A stretch of DNA of 64,000 nt from an uncultured bacterium (lineage in GTDB: Bacteria > Verrucomicrobiota > Verrucomicrobiia > Verrucomicrobiales > DEV007), in the NCBI GenBank assembly GCA_963977015.1, contig CAXBMO010000010.1:147555-211554 (forward strand). The letters are read 5' to 3'. Under the pieces are notes generated by a model. It was not told the DNA's origin and did no database searches. It saw only the letters and a program-made list of their open reading frames with translations. Below are positions 45,715 to 55,617 of the stretch, piece by piece. The position numbers and the translations under genes were made by a program. Each line of letters begins with the position of its first letter. The first letter of the stretch is position 1.

Positions 45715-47598
45715 CTAACCCTTCTTCTTTTTCTTCGGCGTCTCTACCTTCACTCCCAGATCCGCCAGGGCTTTCGTTTTGAGGGCGGTGGAGTAGTTCC
45801 CCGCCCGGTTGGGGACTTTTACCGGTTTGGGGGAAGTTGCCGCCAACTGATCAACCACCGAACTTGCTCGATCATCAAGATAGTCGATGGCATTCCAAGC
45901 GGCGATGGCCAGGTAGGCGTCTGCCTCTGGTTGGGCGTGTTTCACCAGAATCGGTAGCGCATCGGCCAAATCTTCCTCACTTCCGTAGCGCCCGAGTGCT
46001 TCTGCTGCGGTGACCTGAACAATGAGCGAAGGGTCCGAGAGCGCCGACACCAATTTGTCGTGACCGGCGTTGACGCCATCGGCTTCCTGAGTGAGCAACC
46101 CGATTGCTCCCCAGTAGCGGACGCCCGAATCTTCGTGATCAAGGAGGTTGGCGATCTCTGGCAGGTCCTTCTTTTTCAGCGACGTGGCCAAATTCGCGGC
46201 CGCAAAAATCGCAGGATGATCGAAGAGCTTTGCATCATGACCCATCTCGTAAATGCTCTTTCCCGCGTCGTTCGCGCGCTTGTGGAACTCATATTCGGAA
46301 AGTAATCCGACGTCTTTGATCGTTGCCGACCACTCGGCGTGAGCTTGGCGCATCTCTGCCAGAATCTCAGCATGATCCGCCGATTCGGCCAGGTTGACGG
46401 TCTCATGCGGGTCATTTTCGAGGTCGTAAAGCTCTTCGGCGGGTTTCGTTTGCCAGAATTGTGCCTGGACCGGATTCAATTTGCCCTGTTGATACAAGTC
46501 ATTCCAAACCCGTGTTGTCGGCGTGGCAAACATGTATTGGATGTACTGGCCCCAGGGTTTGTGGGGAAGGTAATTCTTCAGGTAGCTGTAGCGTTTGGAG
46601 CGCGTTTGGCGAACGCAGTCGATCCGCTCATCCATGCGATCGCGGAACCCATACGCATACTTCGGTTCCGGAGTTTCGAACTCGCCGGCGAAGGCATGGC
46701 CCTGCATCCATTCCGGTGCCTCGACGCCGACGATCGAGAGCAGGGTGGGTGCCAGGTCGACAAATCCGATCAAACGATCGGTCGACGAGCCGGCTTTATA
46801 CCCCTTCGGCGCAAGGTGCTTCCACTTATCCGGAAAATGGACGATCATCGGGACTCGGAGACCGCTTTGGTAGGTCCAGCGCTTGTGCCGGGGCATTCCT
46901 GATCCGTGATCGCCGTAGTAAAAAATAATGGTGTCATCGGCCACGCCCGCTTCTTCCAACTCTTTGAGGTTCTGACCCACCAATTCATCCATCATCGTCA
47001 ACCGGTCATAATACTGAGCCCAATCCTTCCGAACTTCGGGCGTGTCTGGATGATAGGGAGGAATGGGCGCCTTGGCGGGATCGTGGATTTTCGCTTCTTC
47101 CGGAATTCGATCCCGAATCTTACTTTCGTGGCTGATAGTGTGATTAAAAATGGCAAAGAACGGCTGTCCTTTCGCCCGATTTCTCCAATGACCGCCCTTC
47201 TGCCAGAATTCCTCGGGCTTTTCCAGGTTGTAGTCCTCTTTGGATTTGTTGGTGCAGTAGTAGCCCAGTTCAGCTAGGAACTGGGGATACATTTTGAAGT
47301 CCGGGGCCATCTTCACATGGGAGCGCATGTGCTGGCCTCCGGTCGCGGGTGGGTAAATCCCGGAAATGATCGTGGTCCGAGCCGGAGCACAAACGGGAGC
47401 CGTTGAACTGGCGTTTGTGTAACGAAATCCTTTCTCAGCAATGCTGTCAATGTGAGGCGTAATCGCATAGGAATCCCCGTAACATCCCAATTCGGTTCCA
47501 TTGTCTTCACTGGTAATCCAAAGAATGTTCGGTAACTCAGCGGCACGAGCGGTCAGCGCCGTCAGCGTCAGGAGCAGAAAGCATAGTGGGGTTTTCAT
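45715..47598 (-). CDS. Secreted sulfatase with C-terminal HEAT repeats
   Basis: PNILWITSED, VCAPART (CxPxR), YGDHG; HEAT-like LDHEDSGVRYWGAIGL and LSDPSLIVQVTAAEALG. Confidence 0.92.
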   Translation of the reverse strand: MKTPLCFLLLTLTALTARAAELPNILWITSEDNGTELGCYGDSYAITPHIDSIAEKGFRYTNASSTAPVCAPARTTIISGIYPPATGGQHMRSHVKMAPDFKMYPQFLAELGYYCTNKSKEDYNLEKPEEFWQKGGHWRNRAKGQPFFAIFNHTISHESKIRDRIPEEAKIHDPAKAPIPPYHPDTPEVRKDWAQYYDRLTMMDELVGQNLKELEEAGVADDTIIFYYGDHGSGMPRHKRWTYQSGLRVPMIVHFPDKWKHLAPKGYKAGSSTDRLIGFVDLAPTLLSIVGVEAPEWMQGHAFAGEFETPEPKYAYGFRDRMDERIDCVRQTRSKRYSYLKNYLPHKPWGQYIQYMFATPTTRVWNDLYQQGKLNPVQAQFWQTKPAEELYDLENDPHETVNLAESADHAEILAEMRQAHAEWSATIKDVGLLSEYEFHKRANDAGKSIYEMGHDAKLFDHPAIFAAANLATSLKKKDLPEIANLLDHEDSGVRYWGAIGLLTQEADGVNAGHDKLVSALSDPSLIVQVTAAEALGRYGSEEDLADALPILVKHAQPEADAYLAIAAWNAIDYLDDRASSVVDQLAATSPKPVKVPNRAGNYSTALKTKALADLGVKVETPKKKKKG

Positions 47599-47775
47599 AG
47601 GGGCAGACTTAGCAGCAAATTCGAATTTCGAAATCCGATTCCGAGGATTTATCGGAGCCGGAATGCCGGAAAAAACGGTCAAATTTGGCCAAAAAAGACA
47701 GGAAATTAAACAGTTCGCGTCGTTTTGGCGTCCAAGTTGGATCTTTCCCATAGCGGCTCTGCAACGTCAGCAATC

Positions 47776-48357
47776 ATGAGTGTCCTGAATAAGAACATTG
47801 TGCTGGTTCTCAACCGGAACTGGCAAGCCATCAACATCACGACTCCGGCAAACGCCTTCTGTCAGATGGCGACGGACGTTGCGACCGGTCTCGACATTAC
47901 CGGAGAAGACTCGATGGAACCAAAACGGTGGTCGGATTGGATCGAATTGCCAGTTCGGCCCATGGACGAATCCATCGGCACCGCACACGGATCGATCCGC
48001 GTTCCGACCGTGGTGGTTTGTGTGAACTTTGCCCAGGTGCCCCTCAAACGGCCCAAATTTTCCAGCCGCGCCATCTGGACGCGCGACAACGGCCTTTGCC
48101 AATACACCGGCGAACCGCTGAAGCCTCATGAGGGGAACATCGATCACGTGATTCCCCGATCGCGCGGCGGTGGAACGAACTGGGAGAATTGCGTTCTCGC
48201 CTCAAAGCGGGTTAATACGCGAAAGGGGAACAAGACTCCGGAAGAGGCCGGATTGAAGCTGAAACGTCCGCCCCGGGCTCCCCGTCAGGTTCCGGTCACC
48301 GCTTTGCTCAAGAACATTCACGGGATTCCGGATTGGGAGCCGTTCCTGGTGAATTGA
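47776..48357 (+). CDS. HNH endonuclease (McrA/HNH_5-like)
   Basis: VLVLNRNWQ, RVPTVV, RDNGLCQYTG, NIDHVIPRSRGG...WENCV.....N.RKGNKTPEEAG. Confidence 0.9.
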   Translation: MSVLNKNIVLVLNRNWQAINITTPANAFCQMATDVATGLDITGEDSMEPKRWSDWIELPVRPMDESIGTAHGSIRVPTVVVCVNFAQVPLKRPKFSSRAIWTRDNGLCQYTGEPLKPHEGNIDHVIPRSRGGGTNWENCVLASKRVNTRKGNKTPEEAGLKLKRPPRAPRQVPVTALLKNIHGIPDWEPFLVN

Positions 48358-48412
48358 TCTATTGAACAGGAATCAGCGCTCGTTACAGGCAGCTGTTGCC
48401 GAATTCGATCGA

Positions 48413-50917
48413 CTATTCAGGAACTTCCGAGCCGTGAGCTCGATCTTCCTTCTCGCCGATCCGGTTCTCACGAGTCGGTTCAGCCGATTGAGCCTCTTCA
48501 CTTTGATGCACGATTTGATCGAGGCCCTCGTCTCCGATGGCTCCATCATAGGCCCTGCCATCGGTCTCAATTTCGACGGTTTCCTGCGAATCCACGGTTG
48601 GTTCCGCGATCGCAGATTTCTCCGCTAGTTGGGGAAGTTCGGTCGTGGGAGGTGGCGATTGCGAGGGGAAGGGAGTTCCGGCTTGGGAGTGTTCCTCCAA
48701 CAGTTGTCTGGTATTGTTTCGGTCTTCCTGAGCCAGTTGAAAGAGAAGTCTGTTGTGTTCCTTAACTTTCTCAACGTCTTCGACCGAAACGGTGACCTGT
48801 TCGTTTAGCAACTGCTTCCAGTTGGTCTGATTGCTGCGGAGGAGTTCTTGATTGTGTTCGTTGACCAGCCTTTTGCGTTCCCTCTCCGTCTCCATATGGA
48901 GCTTGTCTGTCTCTCTTCGGCTTTCTGCTCTGATTCTGGCAAGCTCCACTTCGTCACTGATCTCTTTTGCTCCAATCGGTTTGCCGTGCCACTTCTCCTC
49001 TTCCTCGATAAGTCGGTCATAGACGCTCGATTTGGTGAAGAATTTCACGACCAAGGGAATGGTATCGATCAGCATGAAAAGGCCTGCGATCATTCCATAA
49101 ACGATCATGGCAAAGTGCCCTCCTTCCTCGCCCTTCTCGAAGAGTTTGTGGAGAACGAGAGTTTGAGTCAGCAGGTCTTCTCGAGTTCCTTTGGAAATTT
49201 TTTCGATGCGCTCGGATTGCAGCTTCGCCAATTGCTCGTCCTCAGCCATCAAGCGATCGCGCTCCATTTTGGCGGAGTCCATCTGAGCTTTGTACTGGTC
49301 CGCCAATCCCTCCTGCTGGCTTTGAAAAATTGCGAGTCGTTGGGATCGAAGGTCTCGCTCCAGGCTGGCGATCTTCATTTCGTCGGCGCGAATCGACTCA
49401 GCCTCTGCTGCCGCCGTGTTTGCGTAGCGACTGCGAATTTCCTGCTCGACTTGCAAAATGTCTTCGCTGATCTGTGTTCTTTGCTTCGTGAGACTGGTTA
49501 CCAGTTCGGTAAGCCTCGCAGTTTCGGTTCGGCGCCAGGCCAGCTGGTCCGCTTCGATACTTTTAGCCCGGGGGCCAATCCCGGCGGGGCCACCGCGATT
49601 TCCGCTGATTTCCGCGTCATATTCCTCCTGCCATTTGGAATAGTCCTCCCGCACTTTTGCCAGATCGGAGTTATGTTTTTCCAATTGCGCATCAAGATTC
49701 GCGAGTTGAGCGCGTTTCGCAGTCGTTGCCTGTTCAACCTGCTCTTCCATTGCCACCTTTGCCGTGGAAACGCTCCCTGGTTGTTCAACATTGGTTGAAG
49801 CCGCGGAGTCCTCAAATGGCGCGTTCAACGCAGCTTGTCGCTGCTCGTCAAACCTCTGAAAGGTTTCGTTGGCGGCGATGATGCGAGCCTCAAGCTTGGC
49901 CTTGTTCTCTGCGAAGGTTGAACGGACCTCCTCAATTTCGGTATCTCGCGCCTTGTCGACTTCGGCCGCAATCGTATCTTTGAACAGAAGCAGCGTCAGG
50001 GGGTGCGCGATGGCAAAACCCATCAGAATCGCGACCGTAAAGCGAAGGACGAATTGGGTCAGTTTGGTAAATGGACTCGCGAAAGCGCGGTAGCTGGAAA
50101 GAAGCGCCCGGTCGATTGTCAGAATAATCAGCCCCCAAATTGCAGCGAACGCATAGGCAGCCCAACCGTAGCCTTCCGGCGTGACGGTCGAAACCGCGTA
50201 GGAGGCCGCAATCGCACCAAAGGTTGAAGGAACCAGAACGGTAGCCCCAAATGCTTCATACTTCCGGAGCTCCCACTTTGGGCAAAGGGCGAGTTTGTCG
50301 TCATCAGCTCCCGCGAGCCAAATCATCCCTTTGGCGAGCGGCGAGAGCTTTCTTGGGGATTGGCGCTGCAACGGAATTTCGGATTGGTGGGATTGCCAAG
50401 GTTCCTGACGAGGCGGGGCCGTCGCTAAAGGATTGGCTGAAGGCTGAGGCTCGGGCGTTTGTGGTGAGTCTGGGGCAACCGCAGATTGATTCGCCTGAAC
50501 AAAGGCTTCCGGAGCAGTCTGCTGAGCGATCGGGTTGATTGGAGGACCATCGTGGCGTGGTTCGCCATTGGCTGGCTGTGGAGCAGGCTTCTCGATCGGT
50601 GCTTGAGCCTGGGGGGCCGCGGGTGCGGCCGGGCTCGGTTTGCGCGATCCTCCGTTGGTAGGTGTGTCTTTGCCTTGATCCTTGTTGGCCTGGTCAGTTC
50701 CCGGTGGCCGAACGGTTTCAGGCTTTGAAGGTGGAACCTTGCTAACGACGTCTCTCAGTTCCTCATCAAGCTTGGACGGTGGGATCAAGTCGGGCGGATC
50801 GTCGATCTGGTGATTGGGTGGCGGTTCATCGACCCAAGCCTTTTCGTTCTTGAATCGATCATTGAACGAATTCTTTTGTTTCGACTCTCCTGGAGATGGG
50901 GAATTTTCAGTCTTCAT
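48413..50917 (-). CDS. DUF4407-family 4-TM coiled-coil protein (paralog A, extended termini)
   Basis: WLAGAD...L..CP.WE..KY..FGA, LTIDRALL, HPLTLLLFKDTI, IDTIPLVVKFF; AGGAG RBS upstream of ATG 50917. Confidence 0.8.
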   Translation of the reverse strand: MKTENSPSPGESKQKNSFNDRFKNEKAWVDEPPPNHQIDDPPDLIPPSKLDEELRDVVSKVPPSKPETVRPPGTDQANKDQGKDTPTNGGSRKPSPAAPAAPQAQAPIEKPAPQPANGEPRHDGPPINPIAQQTAPEAFVQANQSAVAPDSPQTPEPQPSANPLATAPPRQEPWQSHQSEIPLQRQSPRKLSPLAKGMIWLAGADDDKLALCPKWELRKYEAFGATVLVPSTFGAIAASYAVSTVTPEGYGWAAYAFAAIWGLIILTIDRALLSSYRAFASPFTKLTQFVLRFTVAILMGFAIAHPLTLLLFKDTIAAEVDKARDTEIEEVRSTFAENKAKLEARIIAANETFQRFDEQRQAALNAPFEDSAASTNVEQPGSVSTAKVAMEEQVEQATTAKRAQLANLDAQLEKHNSDLAKVREDYSKWQEEYDAEISGNRGGPAGIGPRAKSIEADQLAWRRTETARLTELVTSLTKQRTQISEDILQVEQEIRSRYANTAAAEAESIRADEMKIASLERDLRSQRLAIFQSQQEGLADQYKAQMDSAKMERDRLMAEDEQLAKLQSERIEKISKGTREDLLTQTLVLHKLFEKGEEGGHFAMIVYGMIAGLFMLIDTIPLVVKFFTKSSVYDRLIEEEEKWHGKPIGAKEISDEVELARIRAESRRETDKLHMETERERKRLVNEHNQELLRSNQTNWKQLLNEQVTVSVEDVEKVKEHNRLLFQLAQEDRNNTRQLLEEHSQAGTPFPSQSPPPTTELPQLAEKSAIAEPTVDSQETVEIETDGRAYDGAIGDEGLDQIVHQSEEAQSAEPTRENRIGEKEDRAHGSEVPE

Positions 50918-51449
50918 CGCGTAGACTCCTTTCTTTCTCCTCAAAATAAGTCTCTCGTTCGTCCTGATAGGCGAGGCGGTGTTCCCTCACTTTCACCTGT
51001 CCACCATTTCGGTCGTAAAAAACGACTCTGATGTCTCCGTTTCCGTCCTGGCCTATCGTGACCCGGCTATTCACTCCGTTCTCTGGATCCTGAACCGTGA
51101 TTCGATTTTTATCCCTCCAAATGGCATCCAGAATCCGATCGCGAGCCCGAAAGTTGAGGGCACTTGCGAAGAGTTGAGATTTGGACAATTTCGATTTTTT
51201 CAGCGCCTTTTCGAAAATTGCCAAGTTCTCCGGGTCGTTCGTCATCGCGTCGATCGCTTTGGAAAGCGTCTCGATCTTCTTTTCCTCGTCCTTGAGCTGC
51301 TTCTCCTTGTTCCGGTCGCGAATGATGTCGTGCACGGATTTCCGGTCGTTCTTGCGAATGATGATCAACTCATCGGAGTTTTTACCATTCGAAGGGCGAT
51401 GCTTGATCGGGTAGTGATGACCGTTCTTTTTGTGGGGAGGGGGCTCCAT
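50907..51449 (-). CDS. Hypothetical soluble charged protein (~180 aa)
   Basis: Open frame between the two DUF4407 genes; its stop overlaps the start of paralog A. Confidence 0.7.
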   Translation of the reverse strand: MEPPPHKKNGHHYPIKHRPSNGKNSDELIIIRKNDRKSVHDIIRDRNKEKQLKDEEKKIETLSKAIDAMTNDPENLAIFEKALKKSKLSKSQLFASALNFRARDRILDAIWRDKNRITVQDPENGVNSRVTIGQDGNGDIRVVFYDRNGGQVKVREHRLAYQDERETYFEEKERSLRDED

Positions 51450-51486
51450 GGCTGAGGAGGGACGCAAGATCCTCTAGTTTTTGATA

Positions 51487-51533
51487 ACTTAAACGGATTT
51501 GCGACTCAGAGACAAATGATTTGTCCGTACGGA
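51487..51533 (-). promoter_or_regulatory. Putative promoter with a palindromic operator over -35
   Basis: Minus strand TTGTCT-18nt-TAAGTT; GACAAAT-G-ATTTGTC (51511-25) and TCCGTACGGA (51524-33) are perfect inverted repeats. Confidence 0.4.
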
Positions 51534-51638
51534 ATCTTCGTAGGGGGGAGTGGCCGCAATTGGGGGCAGAACATTTTAAAAGATTGTCTCCCATCATCGT
51601 CCTGTGACCGGTTTCGCGGTGGAGGTGGGCTCAAAGGC

Positions 51639-53432
51639 TCATTCTCGTCCGTTGGGATGGATCACGGGAACTTCCGTCCGGGAATGACGCTTGCTTCCGT
51701 TGATCACTCCGCTTTGGGCAACGCTTCCATTCGTCTTCTGGTTGGAATTCAGGAACGCGCCGAATTGCCCAGGAAGGAAACTTTCATCCTCAAACTCCGG
51801 GGCTGGATCCGTTTCTGGTTCCATGGCAACGAGTTCGGAATCGTCAATCTCGGCTTCCGAATCGTCTTCCGCAGTTGGAGCGATCGTGGAATCGTGAAAG
51901 GCGGTCATCAACGAGGTGTCTGGTCGAAAGAGGGCTGGGGAGAACTCGGCCTGGTTCACCGTCGTGGATAGCCGTGAGATGGGCCCTTCCACCCCGAGTC
52001 TCGCCAAATTGTAGTGATACTCATCGTAGGCCAAAATCTCGTCATACGGACCTGGCTTGGAGAAGAATTTCACGATCAGGGGAATGGTATCGACCAACAT
52101 GAAAAGCCCGGCGAGAACCAGGTAGGCCATCAGGGCAAAGTGACCGCCTTCCGCGCCGTTCTCAAACAAGCCGTGAAGAGCGAGCGTCTGGGTGAGAAGA
52201 TCGCGCCGGGGTTCCTCCCGAATGGCATCAATCCGGGTCTTCTCTTCCTCGGCAATTCCGGAGAGATCGGTCCGCAAACGCGCCAACTCGGTCAACCCGG
52301 AGTTGATCTGCGCTTCAATCTGCTCGCGAACGCCGGTCTGCTGGTTCACAAAAATTGCAGCTTGTTGCTCCTGAACCTGGCTGCGAAGAGCGGCGACCCG
52401 CAATCGCTCGTTCTCTGCCTTCCGGACCCTCGCCGTGGCCGCGCCGTTGAACTCGGACTTGATCCGTTCCTGGGTGGAGGCGATTTGCTGCTGGGTTTGC
52501 GTCCGGTCTTTAGTGAGGCTTTGCATCAAGCCGCTGAGGCGTTTCGCCTCGGCCCGGCGCCATTCCAGTTGATCGTCGCGAATACTTCGCGCCCGAGGGC
52601 CCACCCCGACGATGCCGCTGCGTTGACCATTGATCTCTTTCTCGAATTCGCGCTGCCAGTGATCGAGCTCGGTCTGGAGCTTCCGATAATCTGCGGTCAA
52701 CGCTGGCAATTGCTCGTCGAGTTCAGCGATGCGCGAACGCAAGCGCGCGGTTTCTCCCTCGATTTGCGATTCCATGTTGGTGCGCTCTTCCGGGGTCAAT
52801 CCCATGGCGGGCCCGGCATCGCCGACTTTTTCGTCGGCCACGATGAATTTGGCGTCGAAGGTATCCTTCCAATCCGCGCGTTGGGAGGAGATCTCGCTTT
52901 CTACCGTGGCGATCTTGCTCTCAAGAATGCCCTTGTTCGAGCGGAACGTGCCTCGAACCCCTTCGATTTCCTGATCCCGTTCTTCTTCAATCGTGGCGAC
53001 AATCGTATCCTTGAAGAGGAGAAGGGTGAGTGGGTGAGAAACCGTCAGTCCCATGAGGAGGGCCACAACGATTCGAACCGTGAACTGCGTCGCTTTCTTC
53101 GATTTCGACTGAAAACAGCGGTAGGTGGCCAAAAGGGCCCGGTCGATGGTCAAAATGATGAAGGCCCAGACGATGGAGATGGGGACGATGATGCGCCAAT
53201 CCGGCGTCAGGGTGGAAATGGCATAGGAACAGGCAATCAGGGCAAAAAGACAGGGGACGAGGACGGCGGCACCGAAGGCGACGTACTTTCTGCGCTCCCA
53301 ATGGGGGCATTGTTGCAGGCTTTCGGCACTGGCACCGGATAGCCAGATAAATCCGCGACTGATCCGGTTGGGGCGGTCCGGGTTATGAGGTCGAGGTGCC
53401 TGCGGGCGAGGTCCTTGGTGGGTCGTGTGCAT
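51639..53432 (-). CDS. DUF4407-family 4-TM coiled-coil protein (paralog B)
   Basis: WLSGAS..SL..CP.WE..KY..FGA, LTIDRALL, HPLTLLLFKDTI, VDTIPLIVKFF. Confidence 0.8.
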   Translation of the reverse strand: MHTTHQGPRPQAPRPHNPDRPNRISRGFIWLSGASAESLQQCPHWERRKYVAFGAAVLVPCLFALIACSYAISTLTPDWRIIVPISIVWAFIILTIDRALLATYRCFQSKSKKATQFTVRIVVALLMGLTVSHPLTLLLFKDTIVATIEEERDQEIEGVRGTFRSNKGILESKIATVESEISSQRADWKDTFDAKFIVADEKVGDAGPAMGLTPEERTNMESQIEGETARLRSRIAELDEQLPALTADYRKLQTELDHWQREFEKEINGQRSGIVGVGPRARSIRDDQLEWRRAEAKRLSGLMQSLTKDRTQTQQQIASTQERIKSEFNGAATARVRKAENERLRVAALRSQVQEQQAAIFVNQQTGVREQIEAQINSGLTELARLRTDLSGIAEEEKTRIDAIREEPRRDLLTQTLALHGLFENGAEGGHFALMAYLVLAGLFMLVDTIPLIVKFFSKPGPYDEILAYDEYHYNLARLGVEGPISRLSTTVNQAEFSPALFRPDTSLMTAFHDSTIAPTAEDDSEAEIDDSELVAMEPETDPAPEFEDESFLPGQFGAFLNSNQKTNGSVAQSGVINGSKRHSRTEVPVIHPNGRE

Positions 53433-53580
53433 AGAATGGGTTGAGTGAAGGGAGTAGAGGGAACGGAACCCAAAAGTTGAATTATAAAGTCCGGCTATGG
53501 TTGTAATGGCCTTGGACTCAAGGAGCTTGGATTCAATCCAGCCCCTGGTTATTCGCAGAAAATCCTGACAACGTCGGATT

Positions 53581-54744
53581 TTAGCGGTTCACCAGCTTCA
53601 GAATCTCCTCTGCGGCGCGAATATGCGTTCCGCCTTCGCCAAGTTGGTCCGCGATTTCTCCCAATTCTTTAGAGAGCTGCTGCCGCGCTTTCGCGTCCGT
53701 CAGCAGGCGGGCCATTTCGACCGCGATGGCCGGTGGCGTCGCTTTTTCCTGCAGCAATTCGCGAACGACCTCACGACCGGCGAGATTGTTGACGATTCCC
53801 AAGTATTCCACTTTCATCACCAATTTGGCGATTTGGGCGGTCAACCAGTTCACTTTGTAAGTGAGGCAATAGGGGAGGCGAAAATAGGCCGCCTCAAGAG
53901 TGGCCGTCCCCGAGGCGATCACCGCGACGCCCACTTGTTGCATCAACGCATGAACATCAGTTGTCCCGAAATGGGACGAACCATTCGAGGCGGGACAGTG
54001 AACTTCAACATCGATTCCCGCTGATTTCGAGGCTTGCTCAAGCGTTTTGGCCATGGACTCGTTCACGGCGGCGGTCACAAATCGGAGATTGGGCCATTTG
54101 TCGCTGAGAATTCTCGCCGTTTCCAACATGATGGGATACAGCGCCTGAACTTCGCGTTTTCGGCTGCCGGGGAAGAGACCGACCAAATAGGGATCACGTT
54201 TGGTCTCGATTTTTTTCTCTTCCAACTCGTCGATCAGCGGATGCCCGACAAATTCCGTCGGCAAACCCGACATCTCATACAATTCCTTCTCAAAGGGGAA
54301 AATGCAGAGCATCAAATCGAGCGTCTTCGCCATTTCCTTGATTCGGCCGCGTTTCCAGGCCCAAACCTGGGGGCTGATGTAGTAGGCGATTTTTCCTTTG
54401 TAGGCCTTCTGCCGCAGGGCTTTGGCGAGCCGGAGATTGAATCCCGGATAGTCGATCAGGACCACCACATCCGGCTTGAGTTCGAGAATCTCCCTGAGGG
54501 TCTCGTCCATCTTCTTGCTGAAGTAGGAATACTTCTTGGCGACTTCCCAAAGTCCGAGGACGGCGGCGTCATCCAGCCAATCGGTGATTTCCGGGGCTTC
54601 GTCCCGCATCCTCGGGCCGCCGAGGCCGAGAAAACGCGGCTCGCGTTCGCCCTGGTTGCCAAGGGAGCTTCTCAAGCTGGAAATGAGCTCGGCTCCGTGG
54701 GTGTCGCCGCTGACTTCGCCAGATATGAGGTAAAACGTGGGCAT
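53581..54744 (-). CDS. lpxB: Lipid-A-disaccharide synthase
   Basis: ISGEVSGD.HG, IDYPGFN, YYISPQVWAW, FVGHPL, PGSR..E, ASGTATLE. Confidence 0.96.
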   Translation of the reverse strand: MPTFYLISGEVSGDTHGAELISSLRSSLGNQGEREPRFLGLGGPRMRDEAPEITDWLDDAAVLGLWEVAKKYSYFSKKMDETLREILELKPDVVVLIDYPGFNLRLAKALRQKAYKGKIAYYISPQVWAWKRGRIKEMAKTLDLMLCIFPFEKELYEMSGLPTEFVGHPLIDELEEKKIETKRDPYLVGLFPGSRKREVQALYPIMLETARILSDKWPNLRFVTAAVNESMAKTLEQASKSAGIDVEVHCPASNGSSHFGTTDVHALMQQVGVAVIASGTATLEAAYFRLPYCLTYKVNWLTAQIAKLVMKVEYLGIVNNLAGREVVRELLQEKATPPAIAVEMARLLTDAKARQQLSKELGEIADQLGEGGTHIRAAEEILKLVNR

Positions 54745-54949
54745 CGGATGGTGCTGACTCCCATGTAGGGGGCGAATGCGCAACTTTCAAACCAAATGAC
54801 GACCGGGGGCAAACCTCATCGGGCAGCAGGTTCGTTAGTGAAGGAATTTCGAATTTTTGAGGGTGATTTTTTCAGGCGTTGTCCTAACCTGTTTTTCACG
54901 TCAAAGACTTTCAATACCAAACTGATTCTAAACCCAAAAACGAACCAAA

Positions 54950-55555
54950 ATGGCACACTCACTCCCTGAACTTCCCTACGCGAAAGACGCTCTGGAACCT
55001 TACATCGATGCAACCACCATGGAGATTCATCATGGCAAGCATCATCAGACCTACATTACGAATCTGAACAACGCGCTGGAAGGCACTGGCCTGGAGGACA
55101 AAGACGTTCTCGAATTGATCAGTAACCTGGATGCTGTTCCTGAAGCAAAACGTGCTGCCGTTCGCAATAATGGAGGCGGACACGCCAACCATTCCCTGTT
55201 CTGGACCGTGATGGGACCCGGCAAAGGTGGCGAGCCAACGGGTGATCTTGCGGCTGCGATCAATGCCGCTTGTGGCAGCTTCGATGAATTCAAAGCTCAA
55301 TTCAAACAAGCTGCGCTGACGCGTTTCGGCTCCGGATGGGCTTGGCTTGTCGCGAAAGACGGGAAAGTCGAAGTCACCTCCTCTCCGAATCAGGACAACC
55401 CTTGCATGGACGGTTCCGGAACCGCGATTCTGGGCTTGGACGTTTGGGAGCACGCTTACTATTTGAACTACCAGAATCGTCGCCCCGACTATGTGGATGC
55501 GTTCTGGAACGTTGTTGATTGGGATGCTGTTGCCGAGCGCTTCGCCAACGCCTGA
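54950..55555 (+). CDS. sodA: Superoxide dismutase, Mn-type signature
   Basis: [28 protein letters not shown]. Confidence 0.95.
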   Translation: MAHSLPELPYAKDALEPYIDATTMEIHHGKHHQTYITNLNNALEGTGLEDKDVLELISNLDAVPEAKRAAVRNNGGGHANHSLFWTVMGPGKGGEPTGDLAAAINAACGSFDEFKAQFKQAALTRFGSGWAWLVAKDGKVEVTSSPNQDNPCMDGSGTAILGLDVWEHAYYLNYQNRRPDYVDAFWNVVDWDAVAERFANA

Positions 55556-55578
55556 TTCGCAGCCAAACCTTTTCTTTT

Positions 55579-55612
55579 TGCAGCCTTGGTTCCGGCCAAG
55601 GCTGCATTTTTT
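55579..55612 (+). terminator. Intrinsic terminator after sodA
   Basis: TGCAGCCTTGG-ttccgg-CCAAGGCTGCA (11-bp perfect stem) followed by T6. Confidence 0.85.
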
Positions 55613-55617
55613 GTGCT

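Noticed and set aside
53491-53548. tRNA-like segment (GTAATGG, CCTTG-gact-CAAGG, GGATTCAATCC)
   Set aside because: The anticodon-type loop is only 4 nt, there is no proper GTTCRA T-loop or 7-bp acceptor stem, and it is too short.
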